Source: Salpingoeca rosetta (Eukaryota; Protista; Choanoflagellata). From it: 64,000 bases of DNA. How positions within the stretch are numbered: the first letter of the stretch is position 1; every line of letters begins with the position of its first letter. Positions 13,558 to 27,690 of the stretch are shown here, in pieces. Where the stretch lies: positions 452,570-516,569 of the forward strand of contig JAWQFM010000003.1 in assembly GCA_033442325.1 (NCBI GenBank), given 5' to 3'. The notes under the pieces are model-generated. The model saw nothing but the letters and a program-made list of their open reading frames with translations. It searched no databases and had not been told where the DNA came from. The translations under genes were made by a program, and so were the position numbers.

Positions 13558-13891
13558 AGTGTGTGTGTGGATGTGCGTGTGTGTGGGTGTGGATGTGTGT
13601 GTGTGGATGTGCGTGAGTGTGTGTGTGGATGTGTGTGTGTGTGGATGTGCGTGAGTGTGTGTGTGGATGTGCGTGAGTGTGTGTGAGAGCGATGAACAAC
13701 AAGTTGACTTGAAGGCGGCGTGCAAAGCAAACAAACTAATCTCTGTGAGACACCAGCAAACCAACACACACAGAGAGACGCACGCATATCCTTCACCTTT
13801 TCAGGACCGAGGGCCTGACAATGGCACCGCAAGTAGCCTCGACTGGTGATGGCGAGGTCGCAAAGGGCGGACGTTGAAACCTTGTGCCACT

Positions 13892-13924
<33 letters not shown>

Positions 13925-14203
13925 TGGATTGATGTGCATGAATGCTCAAGGCAAAAGACACAACATCAACGGCGGGAGGTGGGGAAAAGAGAAAGGGGTG
14001 TGTGTTCAGGAGAAGGCAAATTTGACTTTATGGCTGTTGGTCAATTTTGACTTTTTGCATTTGATCGACAAACAACGGAAGGAACACAAGAAGCAAGCAA
14101 GCAAGCAAGATGGTGTGGTTGTGTGGCGACGGGTTGCTGTTTGGTGTCGTGCATGGAGGAATTAGACACGCGGATGCATGCGTGCGCGCAGCGAGAGAAA
14201 CCG

Positions 14204-14208
<5 letters not shown>

Positions 14209-14266
<58 letters not shown>
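14209..14266. repeat. (GA)n microsatellite in the divergent promoter region
   Basis: Direct observation of a long AG dinucleotide run. Confidence 0.95.
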
Positions 14267-14269
<3 letters not shown>

Positions 14270-14301
14270 CACACGCGAACACAGCTTTGATCAATCAAGA
14301 G

Positions 14302-14343
14302 ATGGGTCGATTGTGGGTGTTTGCTTCTCATGTGTTGTTGTCG

Positions 14344-14382
<39 letters not shown>

Positions 14383-15782
14383 GCTGTGACAAAACAGAGC
14401 CGCCACTTTCCCACCATCCGCCCTGAAGGCGATGCGCCGCTGAACACACAACCCACCTCCGGGCCCTTTGGATGCCACGACACCCTTCGCAAAGGGTGCG
14501 TTTGTGTGTACTTGTGAGTGTGAATAAGTGTGTACTTGTGAGTGTGGACAACGTACGTCCTTGTATGAACTCCTTATGTCTGACGTGCGTGCTTGACATG
14601 GCACGCTTTGTTTGTTGCAGGCCGACTTCTGCACGGGCCGAGGTCGCCCCCAAGCATCCTGTCGAAGTGGCACAGGCAAAGGTGAGAGAGCTTGGGGCTG
14701 TTAATGGTGTCGAGCGTTGCCGCCAGGCTCGCGCGCGGCAGGCTCGCGCTTCCCTGCCACCGCGCGCGAGCGTGTGTTTGACAAACACGTTACGTTCGCA
14801 TGTCCCTGCTCCTTGCTTTGCGTTTGTTTCGTCGCAACACCAACGCTCTCCCTAGCCGCCTTTTCGCCTTGACACCCACACTCTCACCACTCACCACCAC
14901 TCACCATCGCCACCCACCGACTCACCACCATCACGCGCCTGTTTTGGTTTGTTGGGTTTGGTACAGCACGAAGCACACCATGAGAAGCTGAAGATGAGCA
15001 TCATGGGCGCCATCCAGGTACACCATCACACCAAGGCGTCCGTCGCCACAGGCACACACTGTGGCTGGAGTGCGATTCCCACCGCTGCACGCACACACAT
15101 GCACATGCACGGTACAGCCATGCTTACAACTGTCATCCGTCGCTTGTCATCTCATCAATGTCACGCATGTATCTGCTGTGTTTTGTTTCCCAGGGCCCTG
15201 CTGCGCCGCAGCTCGTGAAACTGGAGCGGGCCATCTATGCACAGGTTTGTCACACCCCGGGGGTCAAGTGCACACGAAGAGAGGAAACATCACCACCACC
15301 ACAAACGGCGTTGCGGCACTTTGTGCATGTCTCAAACCACACCTGCTCACGAGCTTGTTCACTGTGCCCAACACGTGCACGTGTGCATGTGCGTGTGCGT
15401 GTGTGTGGTTGATGTGCTTGTGCAACTGCAGAACCAGCGCCTGCCGTCGCTGCACAGCTCACACCTCGCCCTCGACGTCTCCACGGGCCGCCTGGGCGTC
15501 ATGGACTTTGACGACTTCCTCAACGGTGTGACGGCGTGTCTTGTGTGTGTAGACCGTGTGGTTGTTGTAACTGTGTGTTTGGCGCAACTGCATGTCTGTT
15601 TAGACAACCTTGCTTTTGCTGGTGTCAACGGTATGTTGGTGAATCAATGCCAAGCGAGCCCATCATCTCACACCACCCTCCCACCACGATGACGCCGTGT
15701 TGTGTGGCCAGACCCGCGCGATTCCGAGAAGATGGTGGATGTGCACACGGCGGTGGAGGCCTCGCCCGCCTTCAAGCGCTGA
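14302..15782 (+). CDS. POMP: Proteasome maturation protein (UMP1/POMP), multi-exon
   Basis: Spliced product ...SGPFGCHDTLRKG|PTSARAEVAPKHPVEVAQAK|HEAHHEKLKMSIMGAIQ|GPAAPQLVKLERAIYAQ|NQRLPSLHSSHLALDVSTGRLGVMDFDDFLN|DPRDSEKMVDVHTAVEASPAFKR*. It has the UMP1 HDTLR.G, HP.E, RLP.L.SS and F.D.LN motifs. TGA at 15780-15782. First exon and start are uncertain. Confidence 0.88.
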
Positions 15783-16500
15783 GCAACAGCAACAGCAGCA
15801 GCAGCAACAACAACACTCGCGCGCGCGCGCACACTCACACACATACACGCATGCACATGCATTCATGTACACGTGAGCTGATGCATGGTGTGCGAAGCAG
15901 TTGTTGTGCTTGTGGATGATGTTTGTGTCCGGTGTTAAGGGTGAAGGGTGACACCCTGTCGTGTTTGGGTGTCGTGCCTTGCATTGGTTTGACGGCTGGT
16001 GAAGATCGTGTGTGTTCATGTCGTTACGATGCTGCTGTGCTGTGCGCACAAGCGAGTACCTTCCATGTATGTGTGCGTGTGTATGTGGATGACGTGGTGT
16101 GTTTGCGGGTTGTAGGAGCACGCCACCCGTTGTCTTGTTCACTCCCTGTCGTACTGGTCCATCTTCACAATAACAAACAACAAACAAACAGAACAACAAG
16201 AAGAAGAGTCAGTCATTCGTCACACACGAGGGATGCGCGGGATTGCGCGGTTTTATACGTTCACAATTGCGCGAATCAGCGGGTGTAATGTAACATGGAA
16301 CGACAACACAGAGGGGGGAAATGGAGAGGGTGTGTATGCATATGCAGTTGTGTGTGCATGTGCATATGAGTGTTATGTGCATGTGGGTGCGTATGAGTCT
16401 GCTATGTGTTGTGGAAGATGAAAGAGTGCAAAAATAAGCAAACAGTGAACGCTGGAAAGGGCACAAAAGCTGGTATGTAGTTTGTGCCTGATCCGCGTGG

Positions 16501-16543
<43 letters not shown>

Positions 16544-16594
16544 AGGGGGATCAAGATGGAATGTAGAGCTGTTGGTTTGGTTTGCTGCTGTCGT

Positions 16595-17882
16595 TCACTT
16601 GAACGGCTTGAACTCCACCCCATCCGGGGGCTTCACCTCCACCTGCAACGGCCAGCACAGCGGGAAGGGGGGGGGGAAGTAGAATGCGATGCACCAACCG
16701 TGAGCAGGCTCGAAGAAGTGGGATGGAGGAGAGAGTGGGAGAGGGGCGGGGGCGAGACAAGCACACACACACATACACACAGACACAGACACAGACAGAG
16801 ACAGACAGACAGACAGACAGACAGAGACAGAGACAGACACAGACAGAGACAGACACACGCACAGGACAAGCATGTACGGACCTTTGACTGTTTGACCTCG
16901 TCCCAGTTTGTGCTGAGGACGGTGCCGTTGCTCTCCACAAACGATTTCATCATCGCCCGCTTCACCTCATCGCTTCCTACACACGTGGCACGATGAAATG
17001 GGGATGGGCGTGTGAGGAGATGAGGTCTGGCGGCGAAGGTGATCAAGGGCAAGTGAAGCAGCGGGCGTAGCACCCTGAGGCTATGTGCGCCAACACACAC
17101 AACACCAACACACAACACAACAGCAACACAAAACACAACAGCAACACAAAACACAACACACAACACACAACACCAACACCCATTGAGCGGCAGCGGACCG
17201 TCGCCGTAGATTTGCTGGAAGAGCTTCTGCATTGCGGCCTCGCCCTCCGGCTTCTCGGTCTTCTCCTCCTCCTCAACTTCCCGCCCTGAATAGCATCATC
17301 GCCGCAGCGGTGGCACCAGTCGCAGAGGACAATAGGCCCACGTGTTGGAAGGCATTGAGGTGAGTGGCTGCCGTCAGTGCGAATTGTACATCACACAAGC
17401 ACACTTTCACAGGCAGGCAGGCAGGCAGGCAGGCAGACAGACAGACACAGACACACGCAGACACACAGACACAGACACACAGACACACAGACACACACAC
17501 CGAGGCGGTCCCAGTCTGCGGTTGTGCGCGGCTTTCGAGCGGGCTTTGGGGCCTGCTCTACGCTCTTTGGCTTGACAAAGTCGGACCAGTGCATGCGTGT
17601 CTTCTTCTTCAGCTTCATCTCCACCTGAGAAGCGGCAACAAGCGGCCGGCACACCACGGCGTTGAGCAGGTGTTTTCGTTGCGGTTGAAGGCAACCGTCA
17701 TGACAGACGCACATGTACATACTTACTTGCACGCACACAAACGCACATGCACATACTTGCTCGCACACAAACGCACATGCACATACTTGCTCACCCACAC
17801 CCACACACCCACACCCACACCCACACCCACCCACGCACTCACCCACACACCCACCCACTCCCCACACCCACACCCACACACA

Positions 17883-17926
<44 letters not shown>

Positions 17927-18700
17927 CACCCACCCACACATATCCGTGGCTCACCTTGACTGGCACAACGCGCAAGGTGTACGAGTCGGGTTCCACGTCT
18001 GAGAAGAGGTCTTCATCAAAGAGGGCCTCTGTGCCGTCCGGCAGCTTGGCACGGAGCGTGAGGTGTGTCGACGTCAGTGTCACCTGCACATCCTCTGGCT
18101 TCAGCTTCTTCAGCACAAAGGAGACCACCACCTCCGTGTTTGACTATCACACACAAAGCACAACAAACACGACGTGCGCACAGCACAAGCGCGGAAAAAA
18201 TGAAAACAAGGCCAGCGAATGGATCACGGCGACCACAGCCAAGGTCAGCGGACGCAGCCAAGAGCGACCATGGCCAAGAGCGAGCGCAGCCAAGGGTGAA
18301 GGCATGTCCTGTTCGACGACCAGCGTTGAGCAACCCACAGCCAAGCACAAAAAATGCACATCAAACCCCCTGAGCAACCGTCGTACCTGGTAGTAGTTGT
18401 ACCGAACTGGCGCTGGCGCTGCAGCGCTGTCGGTGACAGGTGTCGTGGTGGTGGTGGCAGGTTTGGGTGTGTCAGCCTGCAAGACAAACAAACAGACACA
18501 CAAACGGAAACGAAGGCGGACACGTCACCAAGCAGCAAGCTGCGGCTAGATAGAAAGAAAACCAAGCAATGAAAAAAGCCACCAAGGTTAAGCCAACAAT
18601 GCATGCAGCACAGTCAAGTGTTGACACACACAGCTGCCAACCACCGCCACTCAGACGACCGGTCCCTGCCGTATGGAACCAGCTCAAGCACCATTACCAT
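16595..18700 (-). CDS. SUGT1: SGT1 Hsp90 co-chaperone (CS + SGS domains, no TPR)
   Basis: M|ADTPKP...VRYNYYQ|SNTEVVVSFVLKKL...VVPVK|VEMKLKKK...DWDRLG|REVEEEEKTEKPEGEAAMQKLFQQIYGD|GSDEVKRAMMKSFVESNGTVLSTNWDEVKQSK|VEVKPPDGVEFKPFK*. The SGS motif KSF.ES.GTVLSTNW is present. The ATG-only first exon is at 18700 or 18694. Confidence 0.92.
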
Positions 18701-19142
18701 TGCCGTGCGGCGGTGTGCGATGTTGTTGTGTTGCTCTGCGACACCACAAAAATGGCTGGATGTGATTGTAGAGGATTGTTGTAAATCTTTGCCGAATAAG
18801 CCGGAATCTTGTTCGCCCAAAAAACCCAGCCAGCCAGAACGAGCCAGCCACACACACCCACAAACAAGCAACAACCACAAACACAACGCCAGGTGTCTGG
18901 TCCTTTCCGCAACCAAGCAGGCATCTTCCCGCCTCTCGGAATCGTGTCCTTGGCGTCATCTCCGCTGCCGGCCATCTGTCTGGTGGGTTGTGTTGTGTTG
19001 TGTGAAGTCTCGCAGCCCCCAAAGCAGCCCTTGAAGACGAGGTAAACGTGCGTGCGCGTGCGTGTTGGGGGTGTTGAAAGAGGACTCGAACAACCCTGGA
19101 CAGAAAGCAGGAGGAGCCAAGGCCTGCACCCAAGCCCAAACT

Positions 19143-19218
<76 letters not shown>

Positions 19219-19446
19219 AAGCTGCCAATTGGAGCTTAGTTACGTTCTGACAACGGCCAGCTGCTGTGTTGCTGGCAAGTTTCCGCGACCAAAAGGCCAA
19301 GGCCAACCAACCAGCCACCGGCAATCCAGAGCAGCAGCCCATCCGATCTACACATCCACCCACCCACCAGCGCGACATCAGCCGAACACTCACGCAAGGG
19401 ACTAATCCAGGGAGGGGCAGCCTCGCCAACGTGAATAGAGTGAGCC

Positions 19447-21785
19447 ATGAGCTCTCCCCAACGGGCACCGCCCTCCCCGCTGCAGGACGGCGAGCACATG
19501 CCGTACCGGCGCGGGCAAGACATCAGCGAATCAGAGCTGGAGGACCAGAACCCCAACATCAGCCTGCCCGTGGACTTTGAGCACTTTTTGCATGTGGGTG
19601 CGCAGAACCTGGGCGACGTGAATGTGCTCTGCCGCGATCAGCAGAAGGCGTTTGAGGAGGTGGTGGCCAGGCGCACGCGCCGCCTCCCACAGCCGCCACA
19701 GTCGCCAATGATCGACGACAAGCGCACCAACAAACCCACGCCCCGGATGCCGGCAACGGCGCCCGCAACGCCGCGCGCCATGTCGCGGCAGTCCTCATCA
19801 TCGTCGCAGCAGAGCGGCCGCAGTGCCCCGCGCACGCCGTCCAGCCGCCTCCTCCGCACCATCCTGCGCAGCGACACCCCATCAAAGCGGCGCGGCAAAG
19901 AGGACACGCGACAGCACGTGCAGGAGGCCATTGAGAGCATTGAGCAGGGCCGTCTGCAGCGGCTGAGCGAGCTCCTCGAATCAGACAGTGTCGACGCCAA
20001 CGCGTGCGTACCCTTCGATCCTTGCGTGTGTGTGTGTGTGTGTGTGGCTGGCTGTGCGTGTGCACGTGCATGTGCATGTTGGTGGGCGCACCTGTGTGTG
20101 AACATTGGCTGAGCTTGTTGTGGTGGGTTCTGTGTGCTTGCCTTGTGTTACGCCAGCATTCGTGCTTCTCCACATGCAGCACCCCTTCCTCCTGGCACGT
20201 CCCACTTCCATGCCTTTACGCCCAATGTCGTCCTTGCTCACTCTCACTCACACTCACACTCACACTCACACTCGCACTCACACTCTCACTCACCCTCACC
20301 CTCTCACTCACATTCTCACTCACACTCTCTGTCCCCCCTCACATGTGGGAACACCAGGTGCGATGCTGACGGCCACACGCTGCTTGACCTTGCGGTCATG
20401 CTCAACCAGATTGGCTGCGTCAAGCTGCTGCAGCTGTACGGCGGTGTCGAAACAGAAGCATGTGCGTTGCTGCCACAGTCACATTGCGTGTCTGCGCTTT
20501 GGTTGCTTGTTCGTTCACATGCGTGGTTGCGAGGACGGTGATGCTGCCTTTTTGGGTGTGCGTGTGTGTATGTGTGCATATGTGTGTATGTGTGTGTGTT
20601 GCCAGGTGTGAGGTGTTCCCTCGTCACAGCAATTGGACTTGAGCTCACGTGCATGTGATGGTGCTGTGGTGGCAGATGTGGATCCAAAAGTGCGGGAGCG
20701 CCGCTTGGAGGTGCTGCTGCGTGCAAAGCAGGTCAGGCATGATTTTTTTGGGGGAGGGGGAGGGGGAGGGTACACACACACACACGCGACGACCGCTGGC
20801 TGGCGCTCACTTGTGTTCTCTCTCTCTCTCTCTTTCCTTCTCTTGGTGTGGTCGATGTTTGCACTGGGCAGATTGCGCTGGGGAAAATCCTGGACGACAT
20901 CAAGGCCGGCGCAAGAAATCTGTACCAGGTGCACAACAGCCCAGTCTTGGAGGCGGATTGTGACAGGAGAGGAGATGGGTGGCAAATCCTCATCATGTTT
21001 GCACAGCACGGTGTATTGCTCCCGTCTTGATCATGTTTGCACAGCACGGTGTATTGCTCCGTCTTGATCATGTTTGCACAGCACGGTGTATTGTTCCGTC
21101 TTGATGACTGCCGCCTTCTCTTTCTTTATCATCACGCTAACACGTGTTCACGCACACACACACTCACTCACTCACCTCACTCACACACACATACACACAC
21201 GTACACACACGCTCACTCACCTCGCCCTCTTCAGGAGCACGAGGAGAGTCGGGTCATCTGCGAGCGGTCTGTGTCGCTGTATCGCAAGTGGCACAAGGTA
21301 TACCGCAGTGCCGGCAAGCCCGCCGCACCACGCAACGTGCGCCTCTCTACCAGTGCTCCTGACGCAATCACTGTCCACATTTCCGACGTCCTTGACCATG
21401 GCGGCGCAGTCGTCACCCGATACAAAGGTGCCGGTGGTGCTGGTGTTGCTGGTGGTGTTGGAGGAACAGAGGACAGGAAGAGCGTGCAGGTGGCAGGTTG
21501 GAGAGTTGGTGTACTCAACGAACGTTTGGTGCCCCAGCTTCGTGTGAATGTGCGTGCACGTGCAAGCACACCACCACCTCACCTTGATGTGACTGCCATC
21601 GTGTGTTTTGCTTTTATTAGTGCTGTGGAGCAACTCCCCCTCCTTTGAGGACGCGGAACACATCTTCATTCCAGCCGTTGTCTCCGATTTCACACTCACA
21701 CAACTCCCACAGGTGCGAGCGCGTTGGTCTTGTGTACGTGTGTGAATGTGCGTGTGTGTATATGTGTGTGGGTGCGTGCGTGTGC

Positions 21786-21868
<83 letters not shown>

Positions 21869-24155
21869 CGTGCATGGGTGAGCGCGCCACTCTGTCAATG
21901 TGTGCGCTTCCACCTGACAGCTGACGACCCTTGTTGCGGTGGGCGCATTCCTTTGATTGTGCAGGGCAAACCGTGCTTTGTGCGCGTCGCCAGCTGTAAC
22001 ATGACCGGTAATTGCCGTGGTCACCCGCTCGTGCACGTGCGCGAATGTGAATGTGTTGATGTGATTGTGCTGCTGCAAATGCTTCCACCCTGTAGTGTTT
22101 TGTGTGTGTGTGTGTGTGTGTGTGTTTGTTCCTCAGCATCACCACCTTACCATATTCATCGACTGCTCCCGTCCTTACCCCTATCCCTCACCCAACACCC
22201 CCCTCCCCTCTGCTTGCTCACGTGCACGGTGCGTGTGTGCCGACAGGGGTGGGCCCTGCTGTGCAGTCGACGCCGCCGTTCCTGGTGCCGTCGTCGTGGC
22301 GAGAGGTCGACAATACGCCCTCACGCATCGAGCCGCTGCACAGGGAGCTTGCAAGCATCGAGGAGCAATTGGTGCGTGGATGTGCGTGGATGTCGTTGTT
22401 GGCGTTGATTGTTGGAAAGGAACAAAAGCAACGCGGTGTGGTGCTCACAGTGCTTGTGCTGCATGGCTTGTGTGCCTTTGTGCGGCATTGTGTACGCTCC
22501 CTTGTGTGTGATTATACTGTGTGCTTCCTGCTGCGTCCCCTCACCTCACCTCACCTCACCTCACCTCACCTCACCTCACCTCAACTTGGGCCCCGCCCCA
22601 TGCTGAACGGCTGTCGCAACACATGCCAGGCTGGCGAGGGCCTTCTCTTGGACACGCTGCCGCTGCCAAAGAAGAACCAGAAGTTTGGCCATTCACTCAA
22701 GTTGACAAAACCAACAAAGCGGTGCGCGTGCGTGTGTGTATGTGTGCGGATTTCTGTGCGCATGTTTTGTCGTGCAATGACTCTTCTCTCTTTGTCATGT
22801 CCAAGCTGTTCAATGCCACTTCACTCTTTCCTCATCTACATGTGCTGATGCGCTTCCATGTGCATCTCGCCTTGCTCTTCACAGCGGGCTGTATTTTGCT
22901 GCGTGTGTGTTTGACCGCAACGACCGCAATTCGGTGCTGGCGCACGGGTCCACTCTCCCGTGTGTCCTCGTTGACGAGCACATTGGCACACAGGACGTCG
23001 CAGCCATCGTGCAGGTTTGACAAACGTTCACGAGAGCGCGCTTTCGTGCATGGGTATACGTGTGTGTGTATGTGTATGTGTGTGTGCGCGTGTGTATACG
23101 TACGTGTGTATGGGTGTGCGTGCATGTGCGTTTGCGTGTACATATGTACATGTGTATGTTTGTATCGAAGTGCCATTTTCAGTCCTCACAAGTGCTTCTT
23201 CCACACCACACTACACCACCCATCTCTCCCCTCCCCCCTCTCTCTGTGCTGCAGTTCCTGCAGATGCTGTCGTTCTCGTGGCGCTTCTCGCGCTTCATGT
23301 CGCTCCTCAGCGGGGACGTGCACTCGCTCCACACCCGCCGCCGCGCCGCCGAGGCCGTGGCCGCCATCCAGCACGCGGTCGGTGCCGTCAATCTCGGTGT
23401 TGTGTACTTCCAGCCGCTCGTGGAGGAGTGTGGCGCCACCACCATCGTCGCATGCAGCGGTGTCGCCCGCGCTGATGTCAAGACAAACCTCACGTGGACC
23501 TCGTCATCCGCGCTCAAGGTCAGTTTGCTTGGTTTTTTTTTTGTGTGTGTGTCTACATGTATGTTTGTGTGTATGTGTGTTTGTTTTGTGCGTGCGTGTG
23601 TGTGCGCGTGTTCTTGTTTGTGTCCTTGTTTGTATGTGCTGCGTTTGTGTGAATGTGTGCATGTGTGAAATTTGCCCAGAACATGCTTGTTGTGCGGGTT
23701 ATTCTGCTTTGAGTGTGCACGTGCTTAATTGACGTCCCCTATCCCGACATTCCGGCATCTCACTCGCGCATGTGTCAACCGCACATCCCACCTGCTGTCG
23801 ACGCCCTCTTCCACGACCACAACAACGACCACGACGACGACGACGACCACCACCACAATCACCACCACCACCACCACGACCAACTGCACTTCACAGGACA
23901 ACAGCAACCTGCTTGGTGCCCTGTCGTCCATGGTTGAGTATGGCCGCGGGTGTCTGGATCCACTGCAGCCCGGCCTCTACCTTGCATCTGTGTTTCCCCA
24001 CAGCACCGTCAACGGCCTGCGCATCTCCACGCGCAAGAGCAGTCCAAACCTTCCCCCGTGCCACAGGTTCGCTCACTGCACACGTGTGCGTGCGTGTGTG
24101 ATGTGTGTGTGTGTGTGCGTGCGTGTGTGTGTGTGCGTGTGTGTGTGTGATGTGT

Positions 24156-24211
<56 letters not shown>

Positions 24212-27200
24212 AAAGGCGCGGCTTACCGCCTTGTTATGCCGATCTTTGTGTTCTCGCCGTCGCGCGTGTTCATCCTCTCCCCCACCCCACCCCCATCTGT
24301 CCACGTTCGCGCCATTTTCACGAACACGGCCCTGCTTTCTCTGCTGCAATTCAAACGCCTTTCCCACGTCCTGCACACTCTGTGCTTGCCCCTGCAGGCT
24401 GCGTGCACACAACCACGTCTCCAAGGACGAGTGGACGTTTTTGCGAAAGGCGGAGACCAACGGCACCACAACACATGATCGCTCGGGCACAGCAACACAC
24501 GGTGGGCTGTGTCCTGCATTGTTCTATGCTGTTGCATTGTCATTGTGTGGTGTTGTTGCGTTGTCTCTGGGTTACACTGTCGTTTGTGTTGTTGTTGTGC
24601 TGTCCTTCTGTTATTGGCCCGGTGTGTTTTGTGGTGTGCCCACCACCTGACACCTAATGAATATATGCGTCAGCGCTCACCTGTGCACCTGTGCACCTGT
24701 GCGCCTGTGCGCCTGTGCACCTGTGCATCTGTCCGTCCTGCCAACGCTCAGGGAGCGAGCTTGCCCAGCGCATTCTGGAGACCGGACCAAAGCTCCTGCA
24801 GGAGTCGAGGGTGGACGAGACATCCGCTCTCAAGGTGAGACGGCGGCGATGAAACCACCCACTCTTGGCTGGCGGTGTTGGTCGTCGTGATGGGGGTGGA
24901 AGCGAGATGAGAAGGGTAAACTCATGGAGCGGTTGTTCCCTCATACACATGCAAAAGACACACGGCCATTCGCACTCACACACATCGTACCCATGTCCAC
25001 CCATTCGCCGCTTGCTCGCATGCAGTATCGGCTGTACACGCCCGAAGTGATTGAGTTGAACGCGTCGACATCGCTGCTGGTAGTCGTGCCGGACGAGGAC
25101 TACTCACTAGACACAAAGGCGGTGGCCGTCGCCGAATCAAGACAGCACATCACCCTCGCAGCAAAGTACGGGACAGAGCTGGTATTGGCGCTGTCTGTTT
25201 GTGGAGAGGGGTAGGGTTGGGGCTGTGTGTCTGTGATTGTAAGTGTGTTTGCGAGTGTGCAAGATCGCGTGTGACTTGCTTGGAAGCGTGCAGACGCAGC
25301 CCTTCTACCACCACCACCACAACAACAACAACTTCAACAACAACTTCAACAACAACTTCAACAACAACTTCAACAACAACAACAACAACAACTTCAACAA
25401 CAACAACAACTTCAACAACAACTTAAACAACAACTTAAACAACAACTTCAACAACAACAACTTCAACAACAACTTCAACAACAACTTCAACAACAACAAC
25501 AACTTAAACAACAACTTCAACAACAACAACAACAACAACAACAACAAACGGTATGTGTCATCTGATCACTTTCTCACCACCACCACCATCACACTGACCC
25601 CCAGGTCGCTTGAGCTGCTGATGTGGCAGCGGTTCCAGCCCGTGCTGACTCAGCAGTATGCGCGGCTGTGGCTCTCCGCCAGCAGCCAGGTGATTGCTTT
25701 GCAGTTTGCGCTGCGAAAGGCGTTGGGCCCGCAAGCGAAAGAGATTGACGGCATCCTCTCCGTCGCACAACGCGCCCTCGAGCGGTACAGCTCCTGCCCA
25801 CTTGTTGTTGCTGGCGTGTGTCGCGTGTCATGTGTTCGTGTGTGTGTGTGTGTCGTTGTGTGTGGTTTACACCGTGTGTATTGATTGTGCTGTGTATGTG
25901 TGTATGTGTTGTGTATGTGTGTGGTGTACACCGTGTTGTGTTGTGTGTATGTGTGTGTGTGTGTGGTGTACACCGTGTTGTGTTGTGTATGTGTGTGTGT
26001 GTGGTGTACACCGTGTTGTGTTGTGTATGTGTGTGTGTGTGTGGTGTACACCGTGTGTATTGATTTGTGCTGTGTATGTGTGTATGTGTTGTGTATGTGT
26101 GTGGTGTACACCGTGTTGTGTTGTGTGTATGTGTGTGTGTGTGTGGTGTACACCGTGTGTATTGATTGTGCTGTGTATGTGTGTATGTGTTGTGTATGTG
26201 TGTGGTGTACACCGTGTTGTGTTGTGTGTATGTGTGTGTGTGTGTGGTGTACACCGTGTTGTGTTGTGTATGTGTGTGTGTGTGTGGTGTACACCGTGTG
26301 TTGCACGACACGGGCGTGCCAGCTCGCCTGTCGTCCTGACATTATCCCCTCCACCGCCCGAACTCCACCGCTAATTGCGCTTATATTGCATTGTTGCAAC
26401 TGAAACACGTGCACGTGCGTCCAGACTGGACAATGCCTGGCACAAGGCGCGCTTCTTCTCCGATGTCGTCCGCTGGTGCAAGGACTCCGCAAAGACGCAG
26501 TCATTCGTCACGCTCGGGGTGAGTGAGTGTGTGTTTGCATGTATGTGTGTGTGTATGTGTGTGTATGTGTGTGTGTGTATGTGTGTGTACGCATGTGCCA
26601 TGAATAATGCGTAGGCTGTGCTGTGCGTTCGTCGTTGGTTCGGTTCGTGAGGGATGCTGTGATGCAATTTCCGCTCCTGTGCAACTAATCAACACTCCTC
26701 GCCCCCTCCTCCCCCTGCCCTGCCGCTGTCGCGTGGATTTCCGCGCAGGATTTGAAGAAGCGGGTGCGGGTGCGACCAGAAGCACCAGAACGAGTACGTG
26801 GCACGTGCGTGTGCGTGTGTGTGCAATTGATTGAAACAACAACAACGACAGCTACAGCTGTGGCTGCGCCTTGTTGACTTGGTCACCTCACGTGCGTGTT
26901 TGACACTTCCATGTGCGTGTGTGCGTGTGTGCGTGTGTGCTTGTGTGCGCGTGTGCGTGTGTGCGTGTGCTTGTGTGTTAATATTTGACAGCGGCCATCC
27001 ACGACGGAGAAGAAATCGAAGAGAAACAGCTCTCTCCGCCTCGCCACAGACACTCAGGGCAAAGGTGCGTTCATTTGCGTGCATACATGCATCTGCGACG
27101 TGTGCGTGCATGTGTGGCTGGTGCCTGCGCCTGCAGTCGTTTGCACTGCATTGTCGTATGCTCGATCTCACAACTACGGTTCCCCTCCCCCTCCTGCAAC

Positions 27201-27628
27201 ATCGCACATGTGTGCACAGGCCTGTTGACGGTCTTTGCGCAGTCGCGAGACGATGAGACTGCCCTTGTTCGCCACAAGGTGTACGTCCCCCACACCACCG
27301 CCGCCTCCCGCGTCACCAAGACCCTCATCGAGGAGGTGTGTGTGTATGGACGTGTGCGTGCATGTGTGTGTATACGTGTGTGTGTGTGTATACGTGTGTG
27401 TGTGTACGTGTGTGTGCGTGTGTGTGTGCGTGTTTGCCACATGCTTTTTTGCCCCGCACGTCTCATCATAGCTTATCTTGATTGCTCCATCGCTGATGTT
27501 GGTCGCGGTGTGCAGATGCAGCTTCCAGCAGACAACAGCGATGCATACGCTCTGTTCCTTGTCTCAGGTGTGTGATTGCGTGTGATTGTGTGTGATTGCA
27601 CGAGCGCAAGACGTGATCACTCTCCGCT

Positions 27629-27690
<62 letters not shown>

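Noticed and set aside
563-13616. Many long plus-strand ORFs (e.g. 7392-9056, 10082-11191)
   Set aside because: They are antisense shadows of the GC-rich minus-strand Calx-beta gene and have no recognisable motifs.
24678-24732. (CACCTGTG)n E-box-like array in an ANKFN1 intron
   Set aside because: Most simply an octamer slippage repeat; no evidence of regulatory use.
25861-26300. CRISPR-like look (palindromic repeat with spacers)
   Set aside because: The spacers are themselves repeated TG-rich units, the locus is a eukaryotic intron, and no cas genes are present.
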